DNA of 24,618 nucleotides from Oligoflexales bacterium (GTDB lineage Bacteria > Bdellovibrionota_B > Oligoflexia > Oligoflexales > Bog-1112): the NCBI GenBank assembly GCA_045105515.1, contig JBGCDR010000208.1, positions 1 through 24,618 of the forward strand. The letters are read 5' to 3'. A model generated the notes under the pieces. That model did not search any database. It saw only the letters and a program-made list of their open reading frames with translations, and was not told the origin of the DNA. The position numbers and the translations under genes are program-made. Below, one piece after another: positions 9,579 to 18,136 of the stretch. Each line of letters begins with the position of its first letter. The first letter of the stretch is position 1.

Positions 9579-10979
9579 TTATCGGTATTTATCCGAAGGC
9601 GAGTTCCGGTAGCTTAGTTTTTTACTAGAGGTAAGGAGCAAATTCCAGGTTAAAACCCAAGTCATAAACAGATATACATAGACAATGTTCGAGTCAAATA
9701 GGCTATTATTTGTCATGCCGTTGACTAAGTTAGCAGAAAAAGCGATAAGCAAGGCATTAAATAGTACTTTGTGTTCTGTTTTCAGAGAGATATGTCTGTA
9801 TGAATTCACAATAATGAAACCACCACCTAAGACTCCTATCATGCCTAGAATTCCGGTATTGGAGAGAATCTCTAAGTATAAATTATGAGCGTTGTATTTG
9901 TTCGTTAAAGATTCGAAACCCAAATGCTTATAATAAGCCTCGCGTTTGTGAAGTTTCAGCCATACATGCCCGTGGCCAATCAGAGGTCTATCTAGGAGCA
10001 TTTGCCAGTGCACTTGCCAAAATTTGAGCCGATCAAGTTTTCCTTGCTGCCAATAAACTATTAATTCCTGAAATCTGTATAGAACCCCCGAATGGAAGGT
10101 GAGTATTCCGGTGACACCCACAGCGATGGCTGTAAACATTTGTCTTGCTAAGCTGAAGGTTTTAGAAAGTGGCAAAAAAAATGGATAAGAAATGCAAAGG
10201 CAGATTCCCAGCAAGATAGCAAAACGTCCACCACTCAGTATGATAAAACCAAAGTGTAGGCTGGCAATTAATAAATAGTACTTTCCTAGCTTTGCACTAA
10301 GGTATGGGTTGTTAACAATCGGTTCACTATGATTTTTTTTTGTGAGGGTTTGACAGAAAAGAACCCAGTAAAAACTAAATATTGCAAGACTTCCACCTGC
10401 AAGTGACAGCGGGTGAGAAAAGAATCCAAGAGTTCGGTAAGAATCACTGGTCACTAAGCGTTTTGAAGATCCAAGTTTATAGCCAGCTCCTTTAAAGTCG
10501 AAGCCGGTATAGTGTTGGAGAAGCAGGTAACAGCCCAACATGCAGCTAGCTATGAAGGTACCTTTGGTGAAACTGATGAATAAATTGCTATGATCGATGA
10601 CAGCTTGCTTTTGTTTAATCCATGTATATTTAAGAAAAACTGCTAAAAGAACGAAGAAAGCACCTGTGCTAAAGATCGCAGAGCTAAAATGACTATCCAT
10701 AAGCTTACGAAAAGGAAGACTAGATGCTAGCGTGGAAACTGATAAAAATTGTTCTTGTTCAACTAAAAGTGCTACGAAATTTGCTAGTGGAAATATAATA
10801 AAGATTAAAATAAAACCAAGGCCGATCTTCAAAAAATGAGGTGCTAATTCATTAGCTTCCCTCAAATTATTTTTGCATAGGTACCACGGTATAAAAATAG
10901 CAAAAAAATAGAAGCCAAGGCTCTGTATGAAAGTTCCACCAAGCATAAAAAAGGGCATAAAAAAGAGTATCTTTGTCAA
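9579..10979 (-). CDS. O-antigen ligase / O-oligosaccharyltransferase family membrane protein (Wzy_C)
   Basis: Many TM helices; R..GFFSHP, SGGR, R...W......DRPLIGHG and NAHNLYLEIL..TGILG motifs. Confidence 0.85.
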   Translation of the reverse strand: MTKILFFMPFFMLGGTFIQSLGFYFFAIFIPWYLCKNNLREANELAPHFLKIGLGFILIFIIFPLANFVALLVEQEQFLSVSTLASSLPFRKLMDSHFSSAIFSTGAFFVLLAVFLKYTWIKQKQAVIDHSNLFISFTKGTFIASCMLGCYLLLQHYTGFDFKGAGYKLGSSKRLVTSDSYRTLGFFSHPLSLAGGSLAIFSFYWVLFCQTLTKKNHSEPIVNNPYLSAKLGKYYLLIASLHFGFIILSGGRFAILLGICLCISYPFFLPLSKTFSLARQMFTAIAVGVTGILTFHSGVLYRFQELIVYWQQGKLDRLKFWQVHWQMLLDRPLIGHGHVWLKLHKREAYYKHLGFESLTNKYNAHNLYLEILSNTGILGMIGVLGGGFIIVNSYRHISLKTEHKVLFNALLIAFSANLVNGMTNNSLFDSNIVYVYLFMTWVLTWNLLLTSSKKLSYRNSPSDKYR

Positions 10980-11004
10980 GAAGCTAGCTCCTTGTCTCTA
11001 AAAA

Positions 11005-11898
11005 TTAGAGGTACTCGTAAGGAAAAGCTAATGATCCTAAGTCTTTTAAGGGAACTGTAAATCCAGAGTTCATAGGGTCTATCTCTTTTCTTTGAGCATT
11101 ACCATTTATCAAGCTTTTCGTGAATACATCCATAGACTCAAAGATAAACTTATCACCCTGGGTTCTCGTAGCGCGAAAGAGCGCTAAACCCTCGTCATCG
11201 CGCTTTAGGGTTCCTAGTTGGTAACCGATATATTTGGGTGTATCGATCACTAGGGTTCTATTTTGCTCTATGTTCCAGACTAAATCAGGGGCTATGTCTA
11301 AAATATCTTCGATATTGTCTAAGCTTAATTCAACCTGCTGTTGGTTTTCTTTGAAAAATTCTAACTTCATTTGATCTATGCGAATAGCTTGAATAATAAA
11401 TCCTACTTGATCTAAGTAATCTTTGCAAATATTTGTCATTTTTTCACGGTAAAACTCTGACAATCTGATAGCATCCATATACTCTACATGTACCCCGTTA
11501 AATTGAATATCCACAGATTGGATTTCATTAAGGCGAACATTCCCGGATACACTGGGGCTGAGCAATGAAAGTTGTTTCAAGATATCAGCCTTGGTTCCCC
11601 CTTCAATTGAAACCCTTTCCCTAGAACTTGGCAGAGTGGAATAATCACGTCGCCTTAATTCGGTTTTTTCGCCATTTAAGTCAGGCGGAAAGCAGGTGTC
11701 GGGGTGAGCGATGAGTGATAGGGAGCTTGGAGCGCCGCCTACAAGGGTGCCTGTACCAGCTTCCTGCAAAGGGGTCCGGTAGCTAATATAGCCATAACTT
11801 TGAATAAGTTTTTGTAGGTATTCGCTTGAATCTCCGCATGAAGATAAAAGAACTATAAATGCAAGTGATGCCCACATTTTGTTAAATACAAAAGACAT
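11005..11898 (-). CDS. Lipoprotein, candidate gasdermin-like pore-forming fold
   Basis: GGAGG RBS and a signal peptide ending in lipobox LSS-C21 (lipoprotein call is solid). The mature sequence follows the bacterial gasdermin motif order by eye; the fold call is inference. Confidence 0.6.
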   Translation of the reverse strand: MSFVFNKMWASLAFIVLLSSCGDSSEYLQKLIQSYGYISYRTPLQEAGTGTLVGGAPSSLSLIAHPDTCFPPDLNGEKTELRRRDYSTLPSSRERVSIEGGTKADILKQLSLLSPSVSGNVRLNEIQSVDIQFNGVHVEYMDAIRLSEFYREKMTNICKDYLDQVGFIIQAIRIDQMKLEFFKENQQQVELSLDNIEDILDIAPDLVWNIEQNRTLVIDTPKYIGYQLGTLKRDDEGLALFRATRTQGDKFIFESMDVFTKSLINGNAQRKEIDPMNSGFTVPLKDLGSLAFPYEYL

Positions 11899-12061
11899 AA
11901 AAAATCCCTCCGAACAATAAATTTAGTATTTTAGTTAAATCTAATTTAATATTCTGGAATAAATAATGGAAAAATTATAGATAATTTTCGTTGCATGATC
12001 TAAATAAGTTTGCCAAACATGAATAAATTAGTGAGTAAATATATTTTTGTTGAGGGTCTTT

Positions 12062-12814
12062 ATGATTAACGAAAGGCTGGCATTCGTTACAGGCGCTTCT
12101 GGCGGCATAGGAAGAGAGCTTGCATTTCAATTTAAGAAAGATGGTTTTCGCTTAGGCTTATTTGCACGTAGATTGACCCAGCTTGAAAGTCTTAAGAATG
12201 AGCTAGCTAGTGTTAATGATTTAGACGTCGAGGTTTTTCAGTGTGATGTAGCAAAAAAGGAATCCGTGAATAATGCTTTTAGTGAAGCATTTACTAAATT
12301 AGGCAGCCCTTACCTTCTTGTTGCTAACGCTGGAGTGGGAGGTAGTACTTCTGTAAGAAACTTTGATACAGAGGTTATGGCTAAGATTTTTCAAACGAAT
12401 GTGATGGGGGCCATTTACTGCATTTCTGAAGTATTGCCATCTATGCTTACAAACAAACAAGGGCATATTGTTGGGATCTCTAGTTTGGCTGCATACAGGT
12501 CTTTCCCTTATACCCATGCATATAGCGCTAGTAAATCCGCTTTGAGTGCTCACTTGCAAGGTCTGGCTTTGGAGCTTAGTCCTCATGGTATAAAAGTGTC
12601 TACTATTTGCCCTGGGTTTATCAAAACTTCTATGACCGAAAAAAATAAGTTTTCTATGCCTTTTATTATGGATGCAGATCAGGCTGCCAAGAAAATTATG
12701 AGTGCAATTAAGAAAGAAAAGAAAGTCTATAATTTTCCCTGGCAGACTTACTTGCTTGTGAAGGCATCGCATTTGTTGCCTAGCTCTCTTGTGACTAAAA
12801 AATCTAAAAATTAG
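12062..12814 (+). CDS. Short-chain dehydrogenase/reductase (SDR)
   Basis: VTGASGGIG, ANAG, ISS and YSASK (YxxxK), CPGFIKT; ATG 12062 with GAGG RBS. Confidence 0.93.
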   Translation: MINERLAFVTGASGGIGRELAFQFKKDGFRLGLFARRLTQLESLKNELASVNDLDVEVFQCDVAKKESVNNAFSEAFTKLGSPYLLVANAGVGGSTSVRNFDTEVMAKIFQTNVMGAIYCISEVLPSMLTNKQGHIVGISSLAAYRSFPYTHAYSASKSALSAHLQGLALELSPHGIKVSTICPGFIKTSMTEKNKFSMPFIMDADQAAKKIMSAIKKEKKVYNFPWQTYLLVKASHLLPSSLVTKKSKN

Positions 12815-12816
12815 CT

Positions 12817-13167
12817 CTAAAACTTCCAGGGACTGTCATACCAACCTTCTTCTTTGCGGCGTTCATGGATGCTTGTCCAAGCAGCGCCAGCGTAGACCAT
12901 AACCTTGGGATCTAAGCCTAAAAGGTCTGCATCATCCATATTTCCTTCTGCTTTTATTACAATATTCAACTGGTCGCATGATTGGCATTGGTCTTTAATG
13001 GTTTGGGAATCCGATTTAGCGGCGATAAAGCTATCGTAGAATAGAACGGCGTACTTTTTAACTTGGCTTTCACGTTGGCGTCCACCTCTAGACTGGGACG
13101 TTTTATTATGTCTTTGTGGTCTATTTTTCTTTGAAAAAGGCTTTTTATGGTTTGATTGGAAGTTCAA
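12817..13167 (-). CDS. Hypothetical protein with basic, disordered N-terminus
   Basis: 116-aa ORF, TTG start with GAGGA RBS; K/R/Q-rich N-terminus and a globular-looking C-terminus. Confidence 0.65.
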   Translation of the reverse strand: MNFQSNHKKPFSKKNRPQRHNKTSQSRGGRQRESQVKKYAVLFYDSFIAAKSDSQTIKDQCQSCDQLNIVIKAEGNMDDADLLGLDPKVMVYAGAAWTSIHERRKEEGWYDSPWKF

Positions 13168-13253
13168 TTGATTCCTCGCCTAGCTATCGGTGCCTAAATT
13201 GCGTACTACAAAAAGTTTCTTAGCCTTGATTAAAACTTTAACATAGTAAATGA

Positions 13254-13353
13254 TGAACCTTCACTTAGTTTCCTCTTTGAAGGAGAGGCATAAGCAACTC
13301 CGCGATGGAAGAGGAGAAAGTAGCCTCTTCCAGAGAGTTTAGATCGGTTTCAC
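13254..13353. ncRNA. Candidate structured RNA (three-way junction) in a divergent intergenic region
   Basis: Nested stems TGGAAGAGG/CCTCTTCCA (13306-13314/13324-13332) inside AACTC/GAGTT, CCTCT/AGAGG inside CTTA/TAAG, closed by TGAACC/GGTTTCA. No family recognised. Confidence 0.4.
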
Positions 13354-13495
13354 AAGGTATACCTAGTTTACAATCACTTGGCAATGGCAGCTGCAAGAAA
13401 TTCAAATAAACTGCTTGTTTTGTAACTTTTTCTATATCATCCTTGTAGGGTATTGATGAGAATATATGTTTTACAATTTTTTAGGGGTTTATTTT

Positions 13496-14809
13496 ATGAA
13501 TCAGCAAAAGGGTGATTTTAAAGTTGCTGATATGAGTATGGAAACAGTGGCTTGGGGACGAAAAGAAATCGAGCTTGCTGAAAAAGAGATGCCAGGATTG
13601 ATGGCATTAAGAGAGGAGTTTGGGGATAGTAAACCCTTAAAAGGTGCCAGGATAGCTGGTTGCTTACATATGACCATCCAAACTGCAGTGTTGATCGAGA
13701 CATTAAGAGCGTTAGGAGCTGAAGTCCGATGGTCTAGCTGCAATATCTATTCAACTCAAGATCATGCTGCAGCTGCAATAGCAGCAACTGGTGTTCCCGT
13801 TTTTGCTTGGAAAGGGATGAGTGAAGAAGAGTTTGTTTGGTGCATTGATCAAACCCTTGTGTTTGATGATAATCAGCCTTTGAATATGATTTTAGATGAT
13901 GGAGGCGACCTCACTCAGATTGTGCATGATCGTTTTCCGCAGTATCTAAAAGATATCAAAGGCCTCTCAGAAGAGACGACAACTGGAGTCCATCGCTTAT
14001 ATAAGATGATGCAAGAAGGTACTCTTAAAGTTCCTGCGTTTAATGTTAATGATTCGGTTACCAAGTCAAAGTTTGATAATCTTTATGGATGTAGAGAGTC
14101 GCTTGCTGATGGCATTAAACGTGCTACTGATGTGATGGTCGCAGGAAAAGTCGTTGTCGTTGCTGGTTATGGAGATGTTGGAAAAGGCTGTGCTGACGCA
14201 ATGAAAGGCCTTGGTGCTAGAGTTATTGTGACAGAAATTGACCCTATTTGTGCGCTTCAAGCTGCAATGGAAGGTTATCAAGTTCTTACCATGGAAGAGG
14301 CGGCTCCTGAGGGAGATATTTTTGTGACTGCAACTGGTTGCATGGATGTCATTACTGATGAGCACTTCGTGACAATGAAAGACGAAGCTATTTTATGCAA
14401 TATTGGTCACTTTGATTCTGAAATAAAAATAGCTTGGCTGGAAAAAAATCCAGAAATCAAGGAAATTAGTATCAAGCCTCAGGTTGACCGCTTCGTACTG
14501 CCCAATGGTAGAGGTCTTGTTGTTCTAGCAAAAGGTCGTCTTGTCAACCTAGGTTGCGCGACTGGGCATCCAAGTTTCGTGATGTCTAATTCTTTTACCA
14601 ACCAGGTTATTGCTCAGATTGAATTGTGGGAAAACCACAGCCAGTATGAAGTAGGTGTATACACTCTGCCTAAAAAGCTAGATGAAAAAGTAGCAGCCTT
14701 GCATCTGAATAAGCTTGGAGTTAAGCTGACAAAATTAAGCAAAGCGCAAGCGGATTACCTTAATATTCCTGTGGAAGGTCCTTTTAAGCCAGAACATTAT
14801 CGGTATTGA
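13496..14809 (+). CDS. ahcY: S-adenosylhomocysteine hydrolase
   Basis: [87 protein letters not shown] and C-terminal HYRY. Confidence 0.98.
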   Translation: MNQQKGDFKVADMSMETVAWGRKEIELAEKEMPGLMALREEFGDSKPLKGARIAGCLHMTIQTAVLIETLRALGAEVRWSSCNIYSTQDHAAAAIAATGVPVFAWKGMSEEEFVWCIDQTLVFDDNQPLNMILDDGGDLTQIVHDRFPQYLKDIKGLSEETTTGVHRLYKMMQEGTLKVPAFNVNDSVTKSKFDNLYGCRESLADGIKRATDVMVAGKVVVVAGYGDVGKGCADAMKGLGARVIVTEIDPICALQAAMEGYQVLTMEEAAPEGDIFVTATGCMDVITDEHFVTMKDEAILCNIGHFDSEIKIAWLEKNPEIKEISIKPQVDRFVLPNGRGLVVLAKGRLVNLGCATGHPSFVMSNSFTNQVIAQIELWENHSQYEVGVYTLPKKLDEKVAALHLNKLGVKLTKLSKAQADYLNIPVEGPFKPEHYRY

Positions 14810-14847
14810 TACCTTTTTTTTCTACTCTTACTTTCTCTGTTAAATTG

Positions 14848-14878
14848 TGCCTCTGATTCAGGGGCATGTTTCATTTTT
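14848..14878 (+). terminator. Probable intrinsic terminator of ahcY
   Basis: TGCCTCTG-ATT-CAGGGGCA stem followed by TGTTTCATTTTT. Confidence 0.6.
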
Positions 14879-15164
14879 CCCTTCCGAATCCTTTTAACAA
14901 GGTAAGAATCCAAGAATTTATTCGCTGATTTTCATTAGCTAGGTACCTTGCAAAATTATGCTCTAAAGGAACCCTCTAATAGTGTCGATACTGCTCGTAG
15001 TAGGGCTGCACCAGCCGTTAGAGGAGAGTGAGAGCCATGATTTTTGTCTGCAAAGTTTCGTCGTCTGCAATTCACAGCTAATAATGTAAACCAGACAATC
15101 TAGTACGGTTAATTCCAATGTCAGAATAACAATGACTTGGATGATTAATTTTATTGGGGAAAAG

Positions 15165-16844
15165 ATGAAGCCTAAGTTGAAAATTATAATAATATTGATG
15201 CTCATGTCTTGTTTTGAGTCTAATTTTATTATTGCATCAACTGAAAAAGTCACGCAACAACAAGAGAAGCCTTTGCTGGTGGATTACTCGCAGTCGCAGA
15301 CCATCACTCTAGGTAAGTATTCCATCTCCCTAAGCAATTTAAATTTACACATCAATAAATGGTTTTTACTGTCGATTAAATCCCTGGGCTCAGAACGTTA
15401 TTTGCATTTGGAAAACCCTATCCCAAGTAATCGAATTGAATTAACTAGGCGAGGTTTTAGATTTGTTACTTCAAAGAATCAAACTCAAGTGAACGAATGT
15501 GCATTGTGGTCCGAAGATAGTATCAGCTTAGTTGAACTAAATTTTGAAAATCATTCACAAACCTTTTATCAGCTTTGTGATGGTTTACTATATGTTAGGC
15601 TTATAAAACCAAGTAATACTCTATTATCTATGACTGAAGTGACAACGAGCTTGCTTAGAAAAACATGGATTGGTGAGGGTATTATAAATTTTTTCAAGCC
15701 AGTTTTGGTTGATCTAGAGGCAGAATCTGACTCGGGAATTAAAGAAATTGCTACCACAACTTCTATTGCTAAGGATGCAGGCCGACCTTTAGCTGTGAAG
15801 ATGCGAGATCTTGGGAAGTATAAGCTCGTAAGCAGAGAGCATCAGCTTGGAATTGAACTTGATTCTAAAAGCTCGGTGAATTTTGGACATTGGAATGAAA
15901 CAAAAATGCATTCAGGTGTATATGTGAGTATGTTTAAGCCTGGTTTAATTGATAAAAATATTTTAGATCATCATCATTCTTTAGTTCGTGAAATCAAGCC
16001 TGAAGAAAAGGACAAACTTGTCTATGTTATCGCATATGATCTTAGTCAATATTCAATAGACTATGCTGTCGGTACTAAGCATCCAGCTATTAACCAGAAC
16101 CATGAACTTATGGGAGTCCAAGCAAGCTATAATAAACATCTGGTACCTATTGGAAGCATCCCACCTTATGAAATAAAGGATGCAATCGGAGTTTTTATCG
16201 GAGGCTTTAAGAATAAACATGGTCGGTTTAAGCATGGGCCCTTAAAGGGAAAAGCTTATGGTTATATTCAAAATGGTGTCGAGTTAGAAACGATGTCTGC
16301 GGGGCTAGCTACGGTATATCTAGATCTAGAAGGGCAAGTTGAATTAGGCAAGTGGCCTGAAAATCGATTGGCACAAAAAAAGCTGCGCAAGCGGATAGTC
16401 TCAGCAAGACAAAATGGAGCGATGCTTATCGAAGATAAAATTCCAGGGCCCTATGTCAAAAATTGGAAAAATGGTAACTGGTCTGGAAGCGCTAGTGGAC
16501 TTGGTCAAAGCCTACGTTCGGGTATTTGCCTACAACGAGGAGAAAATCGTCATTACTTGCTCTTTATGGCATTTTATTCAGCAACTCCCTCTACCATGGC
16601 GCGTACAATGCAGGCTTATTCCTGTACCCAAGGCATGCATTTGGATATGAATGCTCATATGTATCTGCACAATGCTCTATATACTTTTCAAGAGGCAAAA
16701 GGTTTTAAAGTAGAATACCTCAATAAGGAAATGCTTTACCCGAAAGGTTCAAAGAAACACCGATTCATTATGGATAATAACGAGCGTGACTTCTTTTATA
16801 TTAAACGACGAACAACGGACCCTTCTTTAGTGGTTAAAAACTAA
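15165..16844 (+). CDS. Exported hypothetical protein, C-terminus resembling the phosphodiester glycosidase (NAGPA-like) family
   Basis: Hydrophobic N-terminal signal or anchor; GVFIGGFK, SARQNG..LI, LRSGIC and MART...GMHLDMN resemble that family's motif pattern. Confidence 0.5.
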   Translation: MKPKLKIIIILMLMSCFESNFIIASTEKVTQQQEKPLLVDYSQSQTITLGKYSISLSNLNLHINKWFLLSIKSLGSERYLHLENPIPSNRIELTRRGFRFVTSKNQTQVNECALWSEDSISLVELNFENHSQTFYQLCDGLLYVRLIKPSNTLLSMTEVTTSLLRKTWIGEGIINFFKPVLVDLEAESDSGIKEIATTTSIAKDAGRPLAVKMRDLGKYKLVSREHQLGIELDSKSSVNFGHWNETKMHSGVYVSMFKPGLIDKNILDHHHSLVREIKPEEKDKLVYVIAYDLSQYSIDYAVGTKHPAINQNHELMGVQASYNKHLVPIGSIPPYEIKDAIGVFIGGFKNKHGRFKHGPLKGKAYGYIQNGVELETMSAGLATVYLDLEGQVELGKWPENRLAQKKLRKRIVSARQNGAMLIEDKIPGPYVKNWKNGNWSGSASGLGQSLRSGICLQRGENRHYLLFMAFYSATPSTMARTMQAYSCTQGMHLDMNAHMYLHNALYTFQEAKGFKVEYLNKEMLYPKGSKKHRFIMDNNERDFFYIKRRTTDPSLVVKN

Positions 16845-16856
16845 AAGAAAAGCTAC

Positions 16857-17282
16857 TTAAGGTTTTGTTATGTTGCAGTTGCTTATTTCCTCATTTAACT
16901 GAACATAGTCGTAAAGCATGCCTAGGCCACATAGGGCTCCTGTGCAAAGATAGAAGATTGCAGATAGCCACTTTTGCATATAGAAGCGGTGTCCACCAAA
17001 AATTCCTGTAAAAATGAATAAAGCCCATGCTATCTGGTAATTTAATGGACCTTGATGATACTTAGAACAAGCCTCTGAATGCATTGAGGGAATTAAAAAT
17101 AGATCAACAATCCAACCTATGCCAAGCAACCCTAGGGTACAAAGCCACAATAGTCCAGTCCAAGGCTTGCCGTAGTAGAATCGATGAGAACCTGTAAAAC
17201 CAAAAATCCAAAATAGGTAGCCAGCAACCACACTATGGGTTTCGATGTGTTGGACTTCTTCATAAACTTTGCTGTGAGCCAC
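16857..17282 (-). CDS. TM2-domain membrane protein (two TM2 repeats)
   Basis: FGFTGSHRFYYGK...GIGWIVDLFLIP and FTGIFGGHRFYMQK...GMLYD; GTG start with GGAG RBS. Confidence 0.9.
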   Translation of the reverse strand: MAHSKVYEEVQHIETHSVVAGYLFWIFGFTGSHRFYYGKPWTGLLWLCTLGLLGIGWIVDLFLIPSMHSEACSKYHQGPLNYQIAWALFIFTGIFGGHRFYMQKWLSAIFYLCTGALCGLGMLYDYVQLNEEISNCNITKP

Positions 17283-17352
17283 AATAATCTCCTTTGGGAC
17301 AATTTATTATTTCTCTTCCTCTAACTTAGAAAGGGTTAATAAAGGACCATGT

Positions 17353-17584
17353 GACCTCTCCACTTCGGTCGAGGTGACGATCGGGTGTTTGGTCGTCTAC
17401 TCGAGTAGACGATTTGTAGCCATCTCGAGTAGATGATTTGTAGCCATCTCGAGTAGACATTTGTATTCGCCTCGAGCGGATAATTTGTAGTCACTCCGAT
17501 CAGACGCTTTGTATTCGCCCCGAGCAAAGTCGAGGGATCCTAATAAGTTATTCATAGTGGTCACTCCACAGAAGTCGAAGGGGC
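17353..17584. repeat. Cluster of REP-like imperfect palindromes enclosing a degenerate ~24-nt tandem array
   Basis: TTTGTA at 17413, 17437, 17460, 17484 and 17508. CTCGAG-like cores at 17400, 17424, 17448, 17471, 17495 and 17519. Perfect 20-bp palindrome at 17393-17412. REP-like units at about 17353-17378 (-), 17514-17536 and 17560-17583. Confidence 0.85.
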
Positions 17585-17770
17585 ATCCGATTCATTCGAG
17601 GAGATTTAAGATTTAATCTAATAAATATGAGAATATTATTAAGTCATCCTTGGGTTCCCCAGTCCCTCACCTTTTAATGCTGAAATTATCAACACTCAAG
17701 AAAAATATCCAAATACCATTATCTAATAGCAATTAACTGAATAATACCGAGTTGATACAGTGGATAATTC

Positions 17771-18133
17771 TTATTTCTTGCATTTAAAACAAATTCTTCG
17801 TGCGGTTTTGCCAGTCCAATTCATCACGTTACTGACTTCTTTGCTAATGCCTAGCTTTTGAGATAGCCAGTTTAAAGTTGATAACTGCGGATGCGCTTCT
17901 AATAAAAAAAGCCATGCATTAGGGCCGGATAGAAGGGTGTAGCCATTCCACACTCTAAGAGTATCTGCTTTTAAATTGCGATGCTCGACGGGGCATGATT
18001 GGGTTTCTTTATATATCTGCCAAGAAATAAAACTTATTTCCTCGCCTACTTTTTTACCCATAAAATGAGCTAGAGACCTGCAAAGAGGACAATCTTGATC
18101 GTAGAAAACTGTTACGAAAGATAATTGAAACAT
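17771..18133 (-). CDS. DCC1-like thiol-disulfide oxidoreductase (DUF393)
   Basis: N-terminal VFYDQDCPLC (DxxCxxC) motif; directly downstream of msrA; extra CxxC at the C-terminus. Confidence 0.8.
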   Translation of the reverse strand: MFQLSFVTVFYDQDCPLCRSLAHFMGKKVGEEISFISWQIYKETQSCPVEHRNLKADTLRVWNGYTLLSGPNAWLFLLEAHPQLSTLNWLSQKLGISKEVSNVMNWTGKTARRICFKCKK

Positions 18134-18136
18134 TGT

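Noticed and set aside
13254..13495. Known riboswitch (SAH, SAM-I, glycine, c-di-GMP-I), 5S rRNA or retron RNA
   Set aside because: Consensus elements were not found by eye beyond short chance matches, and there is no reverse transcriptase in the window.
12299..16708. Short overlapping ORFs in the SDR, ahcY and the 15165 gene
   Set aside because: They overlap well-supported genes and carry no motifs.
17336..17527. 63-aa ORF from the track (YSRWLQI repeats)
   Set aside because: TTG start inside the repeat with no clear RBS; its periodicity just reflects the DNA repeat.
17393..17536. CRISPR array
   Set aside because: The period is only 24 nt, there are no unique ~30-nt spacers, and no cas genes are in the window.
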